DNA of 64,000 nucleotides from Botryllus schlosseri (GCA_051294905.1 CM119372.1:38132001-38196000); one strand, 5' to 3'; numbered from the stretch's first letter, positions 1 through 13,539 are shown. The notes: generated from the sequence alone by a model not told the origin. Program-made: numbers and translations.

Positions 1-265
1 TTGATCTCTAAATCGCGCAGAGCGCAAGAAAAATTTGAATGAAGTTGCATAAATTTTCAAAAAAATACCCTATAATTTATGTTCATTCACGAAATAATTT
101 TGAGTGCCCGTCGAGCTCGCCACCCAATTGGGGGGTTTGGGGTGCGGGAGTTACGGTACTGAGGATAATATAGGGCTTATTGTCTTGGTAGCTGGTTTCG
201 GAGACGTGTGCACTGCGCAGCTTGCCGAAATGTCCTCGTTGTTTAGCCAAGGTTGCAGTTATTAC

Positions 266-1564
266 CAGAGGTGGTCAAAGTAGTCAAGAAATCTACTCAA
301 GTAGAAGTAGAAGTAGCGACGAAAAAATCTACTTAAGTACGAGTAGAAGTACTTCTTCCATAAGTAACCTAAAACTACTTGAAGTCGAAGTAGAATTGAC
401 TGACTTTAAAAGTACTCAAGTAAGTAAGTAGTTATGAAAACGATCCTAATTCGTTCACATGGACTGTAAAAAGGTGCAAATTGAGCTATGCGATAGGTGA
501 CGAGCTTGATTCATATTGATGCATACCAGCAGGTATCCAATTTTCGCTAGCATAGGTATTCGTTCGCATCATGGGATGAAAATGATAGTATTGATATGGA
601 AATGCGATGCTAATCCTCTGTTTTCTCGAACAGCACGTTTTAGAAAATAGCATGGTACGGCGCCATTCCCCATATTATAAGGCTCGTAGTTTAGTCGAAG
701 AGCAGTACGGAGAAGTTGCATAGGATACGGTGTAAACACTTTGCGCGATTAGTAAACGTTAATAAAATATATGGCGGACCGTAAAAATGCCATATTGTGT
801 AGCTTTATTTCCAGAAATTAAAGGCATTACTATTACACTTGCTTTTATACTTCAACATGTATGTTATCCAGACAAAAGAACCGATAATAATAATTATAAC
901 TCAAAGTATATGATACTGGGAATTGAAAGTGAAATATAAATACTACTTCTAAAAGCAGAACATGTATTTCATGTTTTAGTCCAGAGAGTTTCAAAGGTGG
1001 TATGCTAGAACAGCTCGAAAACTAAAAAAAAAGTGAGAGTCCACTTTTACAGATTTGGACACGCCATGGTCATGGTCATGTTAGATTACGACATGACAAG
1101 TAAATGCTAGATTGCGAAATATCAGTTTCAAACGTTATATACTGTGATGAATTATTTGATATGGACGAAGGGCGACAATGTGGTGTGAGCGGAACCACGC
1201 CAACCCTCTATCTAAATTATATTCCCCGATACTTTCGTAAAATCATACTGGTCACTCCGTATCCAGCACTGCGCGCGAGGTGCAACGAAAATTCCGGGCT
1301 TTACTAAACTTTTATGAAAATTAAATGTTGATACTCCGTGAAATCAGCCCCGAAATTCCTCAGGCTATCTTCCTCATTGGAAGATTGAACTACTTCTACT
1401 TGACAAACTGAAAATAGCGAAAAGTAAGTAAGTGGATCACAAAATATTACGAAGTAGAAGTAGAAGTAACGAAAATAAGATCTACTTGAGTAAGTACCAG
1501 AAGTGAAAGAAAACTACTTGAGTACTTCGAAAAAGTAGAAGTACTTCGATACTGACCACCTCTG
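266..1564. mobile_element. Non-autonomous hAT element (AGTAGAAG/TACTT subterminal-repeat family)
   Basis: 12-bp TIR CAGAGGTGGTCA/TGACCACCTCTG; perfect 8-bp TSD GTTATTAC (258-265, 1565-1572); no coding capacity. Related degraded pieces near 4470-5908 and 63810-64000. Confidence 0.9.
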
Positions 1565-1572
1565 GTTATTAC

Positions 1573-2048
1573 CCATCTTTGAATTTCAACTTTCGGCTTT
1601 CTTTTTTCGACATCCTTTATGGGTGGTGATATATTCATAGAAATGATGAGCACTGATTCACTTGTGATACGAATTATGGATTTGGAAACACACCACGTAA
1701 CAATTTGAAACACAGACCGTGTAATGCGTAATGTGAGAATGGTAACAAAGAAGCTTTGGTGACTTCTTGTGACTTTAATTCTAGCTACATAATTTGATAC
1801 ATTGACTTTACTTTGAATCTGGATTAGGCATGTGAGGTACGTATAAGCTGCGTAATCGCGGTATGTTAATAAAAAGGCTTGATAGTAAACGAATTTCCGG
1901 TTCAGTTTATACTTCCTATGGTTTTAGTCCACGCAGCAACATTAAAAAGTAGGTTTTATATTTTAAATTTCAAGCGACCTTTGGCGGGCCGCACAGAATC
2001 GCTACGTGGGCCGCATTTGGCCCGCGGGCCGCACTTTCCCCAGGCCTG
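1573..2048. mobile_element. Right part of a Buster/Charlie-type hAT MITE (same family as 10490-11793)
   Basis: Aligns by eye to 11340-11793; ends in GCGGGCCGCACTTTCCCCAGGCCTG. Confidence 0.75.
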
Positions 2049-2053
2049 GTCAA

Positions 2054-2632
2054 CAAGGTGGTCATGACTCGAGTCATGACTCGACTTGAGTCAGACACGA
2101 GCCATGATTTTCTGATGACTCGTCTTGACTCGAGTATTTTTCTCGAAATACGGAAATGACTCGACGTGACTCGATTCAATCTGTGTATTGCCTCGACTTG
2201 GACTAGAGTCATTGCACATGACTCGAGCCGAGTCATATGACTCGAGACTCAGGCGGCCATGACCGAAATTTCATTGTAATTTCGAAGAATTGTGAATTAC
2301 CACCCTATTGGGATTTCGTCTATCGGTACTGGTACTTGAAAATGCGACCAGAAACTGCTAAAAGTGAGGAAAATTAGTATATTATAAATTCGAACCATTC
2401 GATACCACCAAACAGAGTTATAAAATGTGGGTTGAACAAGAATCCAACTGGAAACTGAGCAGTCAACACAATGACTTGGACTCGGACTCGAGTCATAATA
2501 CCATGACTCGGACTCGACCCTCTGCTTGATGACTTCGGACTCGGACTTGACTCGGTGGAGAATTGAAAATGATTCGACTTGACTCGAGTCAAAACTTGTG
2601 ACTCGGAGTCTTGTGACTCGGTTACAACCCTG
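2054..2632. mobile_element. Short copy of the GACTCGAGTC-motif hAT family
   Basis: Ends CAAGGTGGTCATGAC...GTTACAACCCTG; dense GACTC/GAGTC subterminal motifs; degenerate TSD CTGGTCAA/ACTGTCAA. Confidence 0.8.
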
Positions 2633-4599
2633 ACTGTCAATAAGATCGGTTTTATCTTATATTACAATAAAATGTACCAACAGGTTGCACAACCTTTTAT
2701 GGTCGAATGAAGGCAAACGAGTCCCCAGGTTTGGAATCACTGTCTTTGACTGAAAGCCTCCAAACGGCCGTAACGAGCTCGGGGAATATACCGTTATCTC
2801 ATAATTGAGTTTACAATTAGACTTATTTCAGAAAACGATTTTTTTTACTGCATTTTCTTTTGTGCGGGTGGTGGTCCCCATATTAAAACAATATACGTTA
2901 CACCAAATCGCGGCTAGCGCGAAGAAAAATTTAAACTAAGATTCATATGCTTGAAAATAATATTGTTATTGGTGATTTACGAAAACAATTTTGAGCCTTC
3001 AAAATTCCGGACATTTGAGCTTATTTTAGAATTTCCTCCCGGACGCAGTTTTTACAGTTAAATTCCGGACATCTCCGGGAAATTCCAGGCGTATGACAAC
3101 CCTAATCTAGCCCATACCGCGCTAATATGAGATTTTAGTCAAAATAGGCCCATTGATTATCTCTAAAAATAGAGCCAATTTGAAAATAACTGAAGTCATA
3201 TTCGTAATCAGTGCCCTTCAGAACCCCCAAAACCACTCTTACTTTGTCTGCCTAAAATTATGTGTTGACCAGTGTAATCAGCGTACGTTGAGCCCAGTAA
3301 TTAAACGAGCAAGAGGCTTGGAAATGTGGACGGTTAATAGTAATTAAATGTTCATTTTTGTTCACCAATGTCATTTTTCAAAATGCTAATTGGTATTTGC
3401 GACACAAAACGACCGCTGATAATATGGTTGTGACATCACCAAAGAAAGACGTATCCGGGTCCGAGATTTCCTTTTATCACAATTATTTTTCTCACTAATC
3501 ATTTCGTCTTTCAACGAGTGCCGATCCCGAGTTCAAGCAGCCGAAACAAACGTAATCGTGAATAAGTCTGATTGGTCGCCCGTATTTGGTTGTAATTGCA
3601 GAGAAAGACAGGTCTAGATCCGGAAAATGAAACCTGGAGAAAGGGCTTCGAAGGTTACAAGACGGTAACAGATGGTGGGTGTAGTTTTCTGTACGATTTT
3701 CATTCATTAGAAACTTACCTGACTTTGACAGCAAACGCCATCAGTACCGAACTACTTTTTCTTTTTGGAGTACTCGAGTGGTTTTTGCCTGCTTTCACGA
3801 CTTGCTCTAGTGGTTATTTGTTTAGTAGAGTGACCATGTTATATATAAAGGAGGACGCTTTTGGTAAAACAGAAAAGTTAGTTTACCGAAATGGAAAACA
3901 GCTGATGTTGTAATATTTACTGGAAATCTTTTTGTGTTAACTAAAAAAAATAAAAAGTGATCATTCCGACTCGACTCCCGAATGACCCACTCGAACATCC
4001 GCAATACGTATTTTGCTTCATTTATTACCATTTTCAGTTGACCCTGTCCATTATCCTTGCTGTCAAAGCTCTAAGAGAGGTCGGATGTCAAAGAAGGAGG
4101 ACATTTAGGCGTCCTTAAAGGACACTTTCGATTTCCTGAAAAGAGAGAAATCCTAATGGAGGGCATATGGTAACGCTAATGGTTAGTTTCACATCTATTT
4201 CAACAGTTTTGTAGGCAAAACTATATACCTATTTTTACACTTGATGTTTTGAAAAGTAGAAAATAGTTTTGGGGTCAGTTTACGTAACTTGCATCAGTGT
4301 AATCGTCATCATATGAACCACGTGAAACAGTCCTGTATGACGGTAAATGAATATAATTTCGAAGTTTAACGTGTTTAGCGGTGTGTCACTCATTTTTAGT
4401 GTTCAGAAGACGCATCTGGAAATTTCGAAATTAGCCATCTACGATTTACTGTTGAAAGTATGTGATCCCGCGATCAGATCTACTTTCGAAAACTACTTGA
4501 GTACTTTTCGGACCTTTAATTGTCTTTCTTTCCAATTACAAGTACATTTCGCGACATCAAAAACATGCTAAAACTACTGCAGATAGAATAAGTGATGCA

Positions 4600-4945
4600 A
4601 GTAAGTAAGTAAGTATGGTTGCAAAGGGGAGATATGGTTGAAGTGTCACAATGTTTAGCACGGAGTGCTAGAACGTGTCCAACGTGTGCGATAGCCTGCG
4701 TGGGTATACATCGAGTCCGTGGTCTACGGATAGCGTTACAAATATACTTAACTGGCAGTATAGCTCATCATCATTGGTTTATTAGCTATTTCACCTTGAC
4801 CTAGGCGATGAAAGTAGGAGGCATGCACACTGAATGAAAAGTAAAAAAAGATAGTATAGAAAAAAGCAAGCGACAGAAAATGAAGCGGCCAGAAGGCGAA
4901 ATCGATAGGTCAGGTCGTGGTCCGGTAATCTTGAGGATGGACTAG
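4600..4945 (-). mobile_element. 3' fragment (3' UTR) of a CR1/L2-like LINE
   Basis: Reverse complement shares CCATCCTCAAGATTACCGGACCACGACCTGACC and downstream sequence with the LINE at 36290-36445; (TTAC)n tail at ~4600-4615. Confidence 0.6.
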
Positions 4946-5510
4946 TACTGCTGAGACGGACGCCCCTACGAATGAATCCTTGTCTAGCAGTTCAGCAGAC
5001 GACCATTGCCTTTTCCAGATATATCGTAGCCTACCGATAAATCAAACAGTAGGTTTTGTATTGCACATGAGTCTCTTTCTCTCAGTCAATATACGAAGTG
5101 CCTTTGGTTTTATACCAAGGGGAAAATAAATCACATACCGTAGTATTGTTCCATAACGGATAGGAGAGAAAGGGGGTCGGGGCTCTGCACTTGGAAACCC
5201 TGGAGGCTATTTCGGCTCCTACCATGTCCAGCGGCATATATGCACAAGGCACATCATGCACTCATGGTATGCATATTACATATGCACAGATCGTGTGTAT
5301 GTAACTATGCATATCACGAGTCGGTTTTTATGCCGCGAAACATCAAAGAAAAAATACACAACGTTTTACTAATGCAAAATGGATGATGGCACTACATCAG
5401 GTAGGGCAATTTATGATAGTTTCGATCACAAAAGTGATACAAAATATTCCAAAAACTACTTTTACTTACTCTAAGACCAAGTGTTGAGATTAGGTATTTT
5501 CCGTCTAAGT

Positions 5511-5783
5511 CAGTGGTTCCCACCTTTTAGACACGGCTCCTTTATGATAGTGAAAAATTTCGCGCCCCCCATATCGTTATATCATCAAATCCAACCGGGA
5601 TGCTAGCAACCTCAACAGATTGTTTGATGGCATGGAAGGTTATGACTGTTGATGACAGAATTAAAAAATATGAAATTCGGTCTATATATAGAGAAACGCG
5701 AGTGAATTGGAGGTAAATCGCGCAGAGCGAGAAAATTTATTCAGTTGACCGCTTCTTCGCGCGCCCCAGGTTGGGAACCACTG
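5511..5783. mobile_element. Buster-type hAT MITE
   Basis: TIR CAGTGGTTCCCA/TGGGAACCACTG; TSD GTCTAAGT/GTCTAAAT; homologous copy at 10761-11079. Confidence 0.85.
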
Positions 5784-6037
5784 GTCTAAATCCTTCAAAA
5801 ATATGTTAAAGTAGTCCGAAGCATAACCACTTGGTTAAGTAGTGAAAGTAGATCAAACCTACTTGAGTACTACGGAAAATCGACGTACTCCATCACCGAC
5901 CACATTTGGTCTTGACATGTCTTTGAAATCGCAACTTTCCCTTGTGATTGGTTAGAAAGTTACGACTTTGCGTCTACTTCTACCTGGGTAGCAACGCTGC
6001 CTACTTTGACTACCTCTGTGTCCCAGACCCGTCATCC

Positions 6038-9000
6038 ATGGATCCGATCGCTAACCCGTTCGCCAATATCGAAACAATACTCCCGAGATTACAAGAGAGC
6101 AAGGAAACGATCAGATTTTTGAAAGACGAATCATTCATAAACATGCTGAAGGATCTTGGACAGAATCCTCTTAATATGCAAAAGTACGCTTCTTTGTCGC
6201 TTTTGCCCCAGAATTTCAACCTTCAGCGAGTCCGCAATGCTCAGTGGTTCTGAATTATGATTCATGAATAGGTTCTTTCAATAAGTCGCTATAAGCGCGC
6301 AGTGATTTTTCTCGTGGACTAGTTAGGGTCATATTGTTTTAGTTGCGACTATATTTTGCTTGAATTTGTATTTATTTAGATAATTTGATTAATAATTGGG
6401 TCAGTTCACATGGAAGTTAGCGTGGCAGTGACGCCTACTGCTAACTACGCACGCGCACCAGGTTCAATTCCTGCCGATTGGCGAAGCGTCACATGTTTAT
6501 CTGGGCTCCTCTTTCCCTGTGTCGCTCGATATTGGGGTGTAAAAAAACAGTGAAAGACCCGATTGCAACAATGCATTAAACAAACAAAGAGCACGGAAGA
6601 GCTGTCCGAAGAATGACAGAGACCAAGATCGAACAATGGTACATCTAGCACAGGGGCGGGCAACTTCTCCGGTCTGCGGGCCGGATATGGGAAAATGAAG
6701 CACTTGGCGGGCCGGATTACAGAATATATACATTATACATTATACATCATACCTCAATCGCGTATTTATCCACCTATACAAGGGATCCTTGTATTTAATG
6801 TAAACTTCAAGTTTAATGCATAGAGTCTAAAAACAGTATTTATTGAATTATTTACAGCAGCTATTGAAGTCAATCAGAGATCTGTGGTCGTTCAATATTG
6901 TCAACTAGTTTTTTGAACTCTGATTACATGTCGTATGCGGAAACCCTTACTAAAGACTGAACGCGAACATCAGTTATATTGGAACGAGGCCTTCCTCGTT
7001 AATGTTCGTGGCATTGTTGGGATCAAGTCACTACCTTCGAGTCACAAGTCATCTCGAGTCGTTGCACATTTTGACTCTAGTCAAGTCAAGTTAAGTCACT
7101 TGATTTTCAAAGGTGACTCAAGTCAAGTCAAGTCACGAGTCAAGTCAAGTCGAAATTTCAAAGTACTAGACATGAATCAAAGTCATCACCTTTTGCTAGC
7201 TGTTTTAAATACAGATGAAGTACCCATTTATTCGGAATCGACGAACGAATAAACAGTTTGTTTGTTTGTTTTGAGATATTCGTGATGTCTGTTGACTACT
7301 ACGGTCATTTACACCAGACCAATATTCTTCATATTTATTCCTCAACTGCCGACTTATGGCACGGCCTACTTCTAGGCTTTGTGTTAGACACCGCTTACGT
7401 GGATTAAGTGGCGAGGAGTAATGGAATGAATAGTTGATTTTACTCGTAAAAGGCGCTGTGTCGCTCACGCATACGCAGTAGGCTACTACTCAACTACCCA
7501 AGCATAGCGGTACAGGTTAACATACGAAACCTCAGAAAGTTTAAAAACGATATATTTCAATACCCGACCCACCTACTTATCAACGATATACAATCATATA
7601 CATATGAGCGATATTCGTTTGATTTAAAATATATACAAAAGGGCAGGTTGAGGTGAGCAAGTTTACGACAACGTAAGCTATTGTATAAGCTCCAATCACT
7701 GCGTTTGCGATCAATTTATTTGTGATATAACAATGGAGGTTTGGCGGTTTTATACAAGATACAGCGATTTCATCAACATCAATTACTTGATGACTTTAAA
7801 TTGACTCGAAAATTTTGCTTCGACTCACGAGTCAATCTACATTTCTGACGCGTCGAGTCAGGTCAAGCAACTTTTCAAAGGTGACTCGAGTCAAGTCATA
7901 CGAAAAAGGTGACTCGAGTCATCCCAACACTACTTCATGGTAGAAAATGTAAGTATATAGACCCGAACCGAGCAAGTGGTTTAATGTCCATCTTTTTCAG
8001 GTTCGCAAACTTGGATTCATTCTGTGACACATAAAATTTGTCAATACAATCACTTTAAAATTTCAATTTCAGAGTAAAAACTCTCGGCGGGCCGGACAAA
8101 ATCCCTTTGCGGGCCGGATCCGGCCCGCGGGCCGTATGTTGCCCACCCCTGATCTAGCACTAGGCCGAGGTGGATGCCAGGTTGAGAGACCCCAACTGCT
8201 CGTTTCGGCATCCTCCTATCTGCTCATAACTTCGCATAGTGTCTTCTAGGGATGGTGCGAACGCCAGGAAGGTTCAGGTTCGTGTGAACGCGAACCTTTT
8301 TGAAAGGCTCTGTGTAAACTGTTAACTCGAAGTCGCGAATGTGAACCTATCACATCACGTGACGTCATATTGCTAATTTTAAACCCTGCATTTCAGGCTA
8401 CACGATCCGATCGACGACTCAGACCACATTATGCCACAATGCTGATGAAGTACATGCAGACTTTTTAAACGTCACCAAATGTATCAACTAGAGTAAGCAA
8501 ATGCTATCATAATCCCATAAAATCAATATCGTTCGTCGCTTTGCCTACAATTTCGAAGAGGACATGCAAGGGAATAGGGTTACCATATTTTCGTGTCATA
8601 AATTCCGGACACTCTTTAGAGCCTGCTAGCGGATTTAAAATGAGGTGTGAACATATAGGGATAGGGGGAGGGATATCAGATTTATTTACGCCTGCACCAT
8701 CGAGATCCCATCAAGATAGATCCCATACGCCTGCTAGAATTTTTACACTAAACAACGATGTATTGTATATATATCAACTTCATTGACTGGTTGAACAAGC
8801 ATCATTCGGGGATTACGTAGCTTACATATAGTGTATTTCGTTCTCGATGTTGTGTGATAGCGGGTCAAGCTCACAGCAGAGTTACTAAATATTTACAAAC
8901 GGAATGCGGAATATTTCGTGCAAACTTTGGTTACAAAGCCAGTAAAATTTCCGAGATTGTAAAGAAGCATGCTCATGCTCATTTAGTGTTGATTTTTTTA

Positions 9001-12000
9001 TGCTGCCAGCGCCATGCACAGAGTGGTCCGAAGTTGAAATGCAAAGAATTTCAACCAAATGAAGTTCATACACAGAACGCGAACGTGAACCTCACGTTCA
9101 CACCACCCCTAGTGCTTTGTGTGTCGCATTGTATATTGTGCGAGTCTTAAACGGATAAAATATATGAGCTAACGATTACTACGATTTTATCAATATGGAA
9201 TTTGTATCATCACAAAATGTTCACCATCAAATAACATATGGGTATGTCCTTCTGTCGAAGCATTCGCAGCTGAGCTGACAGTATAGCATTGTCGTATAAT
9301 CAGAATGAACTTAAAAATTATGTGGTTACAATCATTTCATCCACATTAGACGTGTCAAATGAAGAATTATATTTCAGATACCTGAAAGACGACAGACTCC
9401 GTCTGATGCTCAATGCGATGCTGGGATTTGAGCTTGAGCATCCCGATCGATTGAATCTCGACGAACCGCCATCTGTAGATAATAACGAAGACACGAGGAT
9501 TCCAGAAGTAACCAAGAAAGGGCAATCCGTTCATATTGCCAAAAATAAGGTAGGCCTAAAAATACAATGTTGCTTGCAGAAGTGGTCGGTAATAAGTACT
9601 TTTGTTTTTTTGCACTTTTGCCTACTTATAGAAGACCAGAAGATACTTTTATGGGTACAGAACGGTATTATAAATTTCAGCAATATATTGCCCCTGAAGA
9701 GTGTCAGCTCGAAAACTTTCGCATTTCAATATCTTTATGCTATGAATATATTACTAAAATGTATATTATGGAAGATCGAAAGCGATGTTACATCGGGCAT
9801 ATCAAATAGGGTTACACACAAAATTTATATTCTCGTTTTGATTGATAGTTGCAGTTATAGCACGTTATTTTTGAGCAGACATATTGGTAGAGTCTTAAGT
9901 TTTTACCTTGGTTCTACTCGCAGTATTGTGAACACGCTTTTAATCGCAGTCTACAGTGAGCTAGCTGTGATATGCTTGTATTTGCCTGACTTCAAATGTG
10001 CCGCACCATGAGGTACTCTATGTCATGGTAAATATAAGACACCAAGGCATGTGGTATGTTTGGGGTAGTACAGACTCATCAGCAAATGGGATTTTGCGGT
10101 GAGCCGTACGTCAAAGCGACACATAGCCCACCTTGATACTGTAGCTTCGACCCTCGGCAAGTTCGGTTACTACACATTAAGATACCCTCTCTTCCTTCTA
10201 ATACCAGGCCAGCGAAGAGAAGAAACTGGGCATCGAATGCTTCAGCAAACAGAAATATGAAAAAGCAATCGAACATTATAACCGAGCGATGGTATACGAC
10301 TCAACTGACATCACATTGTATTCAAATAAAGCCTTGGCGTACGTCAGACAGAGATTGAACCAACAGGTGCGAGAGACCTCGCTCGCCTGGTGGAAGTCTG
10401 GAGAAAGTATGGAGGGGATAGAAAAGTTGTCTCCAAGTCAGTTCAAATTATTTTATATTTTTCAGCAACATCATTGCATAACTCTGACGCAGGGGAGGGC
10501 AAATATTTTCCTCCGCGGGCCAAATGAGAAGTAGAAAGTATGTTGGCGGGCCAAGTAAAAAATTTTAGCGATATTCTCCAGAGTATTTTAATTTTATTTC
10601 TAAATTACATTGTTAATAAATGCTGCTCATTGAATGTGTTGATGTAAGGTAATGAGAAGGTGGCGGTTAATTAAAAAATATCCATTTGTAGTCATGAAAA
10701 AACATGATACATTTTCACTCTTTAAACCCCCATCCACGCTTTTTTATTAGTACACTAAAACAGTGGTTCTCAATTTTTTTAGGCACGCCCCCTTCATGAT
10801 AGTGAAAAATAGCGCGCCCAAACCAACCGCTATCATGGCATCACAACATATTAAAAATAGCAACCAGAATGCTAGCGATCTCGACGGATTGTTTGATGGC
10901 ATGGAAGGTTATGGTTGTTCGTGAGAGAAATCGATAATATCGAGGTCGAACAATACACAGAGCAATAACTATACTATAAGCTGGGGGTAAATCGCGCCGA
11001 GCGCGAAATCAATTTTCGTATAACTTTGGCTTCGCGTCTCCTTTCAGATGCTTTCACGCCACCAGTTCGAGAACCACTGCACTGAGATGTTTATATGATA
11101 GCACAAAGCTTATTGTCTTGTTCGCTGCATTCCGAGCAGTGTGCAGCTGAAATAGCCTTGATGTTGAGCGAAGCTTTCAGTTTTTATGAAATTCGCCCTC
11201 CCTTGACCGAGTGTTTCGTGTTTTCGTGATAATTATAATCCTGAATCTCGGCGACATGCTCGGCCAAAACTAAAAGCACTGGTTTATCCCTAACTCCAGT
11301 ATACGAATATTTAGTGCTCTAACCCTTTTTTTAATTTCAGCTTTCGGCTTTCTCTTTATGACATGCCCGTTCATCTTTTATGGTTGATAGATATGATGAG
11401 CCATATAGTAATCACGAGCACTGATTGACATGTTTTACGAATTACGGATTTGGAAACACCTCACGTAACTATTTGAAACACAGACCGTATAATGCGTAAT
11501 GGGACAATGTCGACAAAGAAGGTTTGACCTAAACTATATGTAAAGAGTGAGTTATTGTGAATTTACTGATACTGTGCCATATTGCCATTATTTTGAATCT
11601 GGATTACGCATGCGAGGTACGTAGGCAGCGTAATCGTGCTATATTAATGAGCCGGCTTCAAAGTAAACGAATTCCAGTTTAGTTTATACAGCATATATGA
11701 TTGTATATTAGTCCACGCATCAACATTCAAATAGCAGGTTTAATGTTATGAATTCCAAGCAACCTTTTGCGGGCCGCACTTTGCCCAGGACTGTTCTAAC
11801 GCATTAAACCTGGTTTATATCGTACTTTTAAGTGTCTCATGCAATAAACAGCGCAGAAACCTCGCACTTAACTGTACATTCAGTTCGGTTTAATAGCAAT
11901 TTTTATCAGTTTGATACACCACAAAAAAATGCGATACGATGAAAAAGATAGGAAGGTGTCGAAACGACTTGGAGTAGCCTAGTCTTAGGAATCAGACACC

Positions 12001-12318
12001 CACCTTGGCAAGATATTTGGACCTTGCCTCTCATGATAAATTCTATTGACGAATGTATGTCAAACAAACGTAAAGTGGTTAAAGTATCTCACTACGTACA
12101 CTTGTCCTGAGAGACAATGCGCCAAAGGACCACTGCTGATGTAACGAATCGTGTGATATTTATGCAGAGCATATCGACGGATTTGTCAAACTTACCTGGA
12201 TGAAGGAGATTTGACGAAAGCGTTGGAAAATATTGAACTCGCTCAAAATATCAGCAATTCGGCGGAAGGGAGGGAGCTGATCAAACAATGTCATGCAAAG
12301 ATCCAGAATTCCAATTGA
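6038..12318 (+). CDS. Truncated STIP1/Hop-like co-chaperone (STI1/DP domain + linker + one TPR2A-like domain, ~232 aa), 4 exons, apparent 1-nt frameshift in exon 3
   Basis: Exons 6038-6183, 9378-9549, 10208-10436, 12168-12318, all introns GT-AG. Translation NPFANIETILPRLQESKETIRFLKDESFINMLKDLGQNPLNMQK/YLKDDRLRLMLNAMLG (DP1-like), ASEEKKLGIECFSKQKYEKAIEHYNRAMVYDSTDITLYSNKALAY, VEVWRKYGGDRKVVSK/AYRRICQTYLDEGDLTKALENIELA (TPR2A-like). Phases match at introns 1 and 2; exon 3 is one base short. Confidence 0.8.
6410..6590 (+). mobile_element. tRNA-derived SINE-like element (intron 1)
   Basis: A-box-like TAGCGTGGCAGTG and B-box GGTTCAATTCC, no clean cloverleaf, (AAAC)n tail. Confidence 0.5.
6651..8151. 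mobile_element. Buster/Charlie-type hAT MITE carrying nested insertions
   Basis: TIR CAGGGGCGGGCAAC/GTTGCCCACCCCTG; perfect TSD ATCTAGCA (6643-6650, 8152-8159). Confidence 0.9.
7012..7932. mobile_element. hAT MITE with CAAGT/GAGTC subterminal repeats, nested in 6651-8151; holds a minus-strand SINE-like piece (~7255-7505)
   Basis: Ends CATTGTTGGGAT/ATCCCAACACTA; degenerate TSD GTTCGTGG/CTTCATGG. Confidence 0.7.
8247..9111. mobile_element. hAT-like MITE (GTGAAC/GTTCAC subterminal motifs)
   Basis: TIR TAGGGATGGTGCGAAC/GTTCACACCACCCCTA; degenerate TSD. Confidence 0.7.
10490..11793. mobile_element. Buster-type hAT MITE in intron 3, with nested MITE 10761-11079
   Basis: Ends CAGGGGAGGGCAAA/TTTGCCCAGGACTG; TSD CTCTGACG/TTCTAACG; nested CAGTGGTTCTC...GAGAACCACTG with TSD CACTAAAA/CACTGAGA. 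Confidence 0.75.
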
Positions 12319-12579
12319 GTTATTGTTTTAGCGATAGAAACATTCCACATTGTGTCAAGATATATCTACATTTTGTAAGCGGCGTTTATTACCAAAGTTC
12401 AGCTTTTTATTCAACGAATAACCAACAAGTATGCCTGTGAAACATGTGGCATCGCTGTCATAGCAAGACGTGCGATTGCTCTATACTTTATTTAAGAATG
12501 TGGTAGTGCGGAAACTTTCTTGACTGCATCTTGAAAAGCTTTTCTCCAAACGTCGTCTCTATACCTATAGTCTATAGAT

Positions 12580-13100
12580 CAGGGGTCACCAACCTTTTTG
12601 CAACCAAGAGCCACTTCTTGGGTACTGATTGAGGCGACGAGCTACCGTTTACTCCCGCCGTTTACCCGTATCAGACTGAATTTCCACTTTGATATTCATA
12701 TCACTGGGCAGGAATCACATCTCGTTTCTACTATAGCTAGCCATTAAGATTATTTAAGAAATCATGAATTAATTCGCACTATGTTTGTATAAACTATACA
12801 ACAACAACAAAAGTCAACTCAAATTTTAAAATAAATCAGGTCACACTCTAGACTGGACATCATGTTATCAGTTTCTATATCATTCAGTGGGAAGCCTGGC
12901 ATTGCATGCTATTAACTAGTGCGATGTACTCTGGTATGTAATTGGATAGTGCAACTCTGAGTGAGTGTTCCAGATGTGAATTAGTGAGGCGTGTTCTGTG
13001 TTTGTTTTTAAATAAGTTCATGTCCGAAAAGGCTGATTCACAACGATAAACTGAATCAAACACGCTTTCAACCTTTATAGCTGCTGCGCATACACCACTG
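12580..13100 (-). mobile_element. 3' end of a Buster/SPIN/GTF2IRD2-like hAT transposon with transposase C-terminus remnant
   Basis: Terminus CAGGGGTCACCAACCTTTTT; minus-strand ORF VFDSVYRCESAFSDMNLFKNKHRTRLTNSHLEHSLRVALSNYIPEY...QCQASH matches the hAT C-terminal dimerisation region. Confidence 0.85.
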
Positions 13101-13539
13101 TAGTAACAAGGCACCAAAAGTTTGCTGGAGCCCGCTGGGCTTTGAGGTGGAGGTCATTTTGCAGTGTTACAATTTCAATCTCTAACTGTTCAGCATCCAG
13201 ACATGACAGATTTCATTATACCGTACAGCAGGAACGATTACAGAAAGTTAGAAACATGGTACCAAACTGCGTTGAGTGTAAGAGAAGTTGTGTCAAAAGA
13301 TGCATTACGTAATGGGCATGAATATATTGGAAATCCGCTAGTACGTCACGGCTATCTGTTACCGAATAGTAATCTTGTTTAATACTTTGGCATTGTCCTT
13401 GGCGTCGAGCTACCATAGCGGAACCCCCGGCCATTTCAAGAAGACCGTGGATGGCATTCCGTCATGTCGCCTGTATAGGTAGTGCGCCGTATCCCACGTA
13501 TTCGATATCTTGTGATTCTTGTTATGTTCATGTCTACCA

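Noticed and set aside
3596..3680. Candidate upstream TPR1 exon of the Hop-like gene (TGLDPENETWRKG)
   Set aside because: Similarity too short, and no other TPR1 exons were found to support it.
6410..6484. Possible tRNA gene
   Set aside because: Has a B-box but no acceptor or anticodon stem pairing, and continues into a SINE-like body and (AAAC)n tail.
9550..10011. 240-aa ORF 9289-10011 as one gene
   Set aside because: Only 9378-9549 is homologous to Hop; the rest is open intron sequence beyond the GT donor at 9550.
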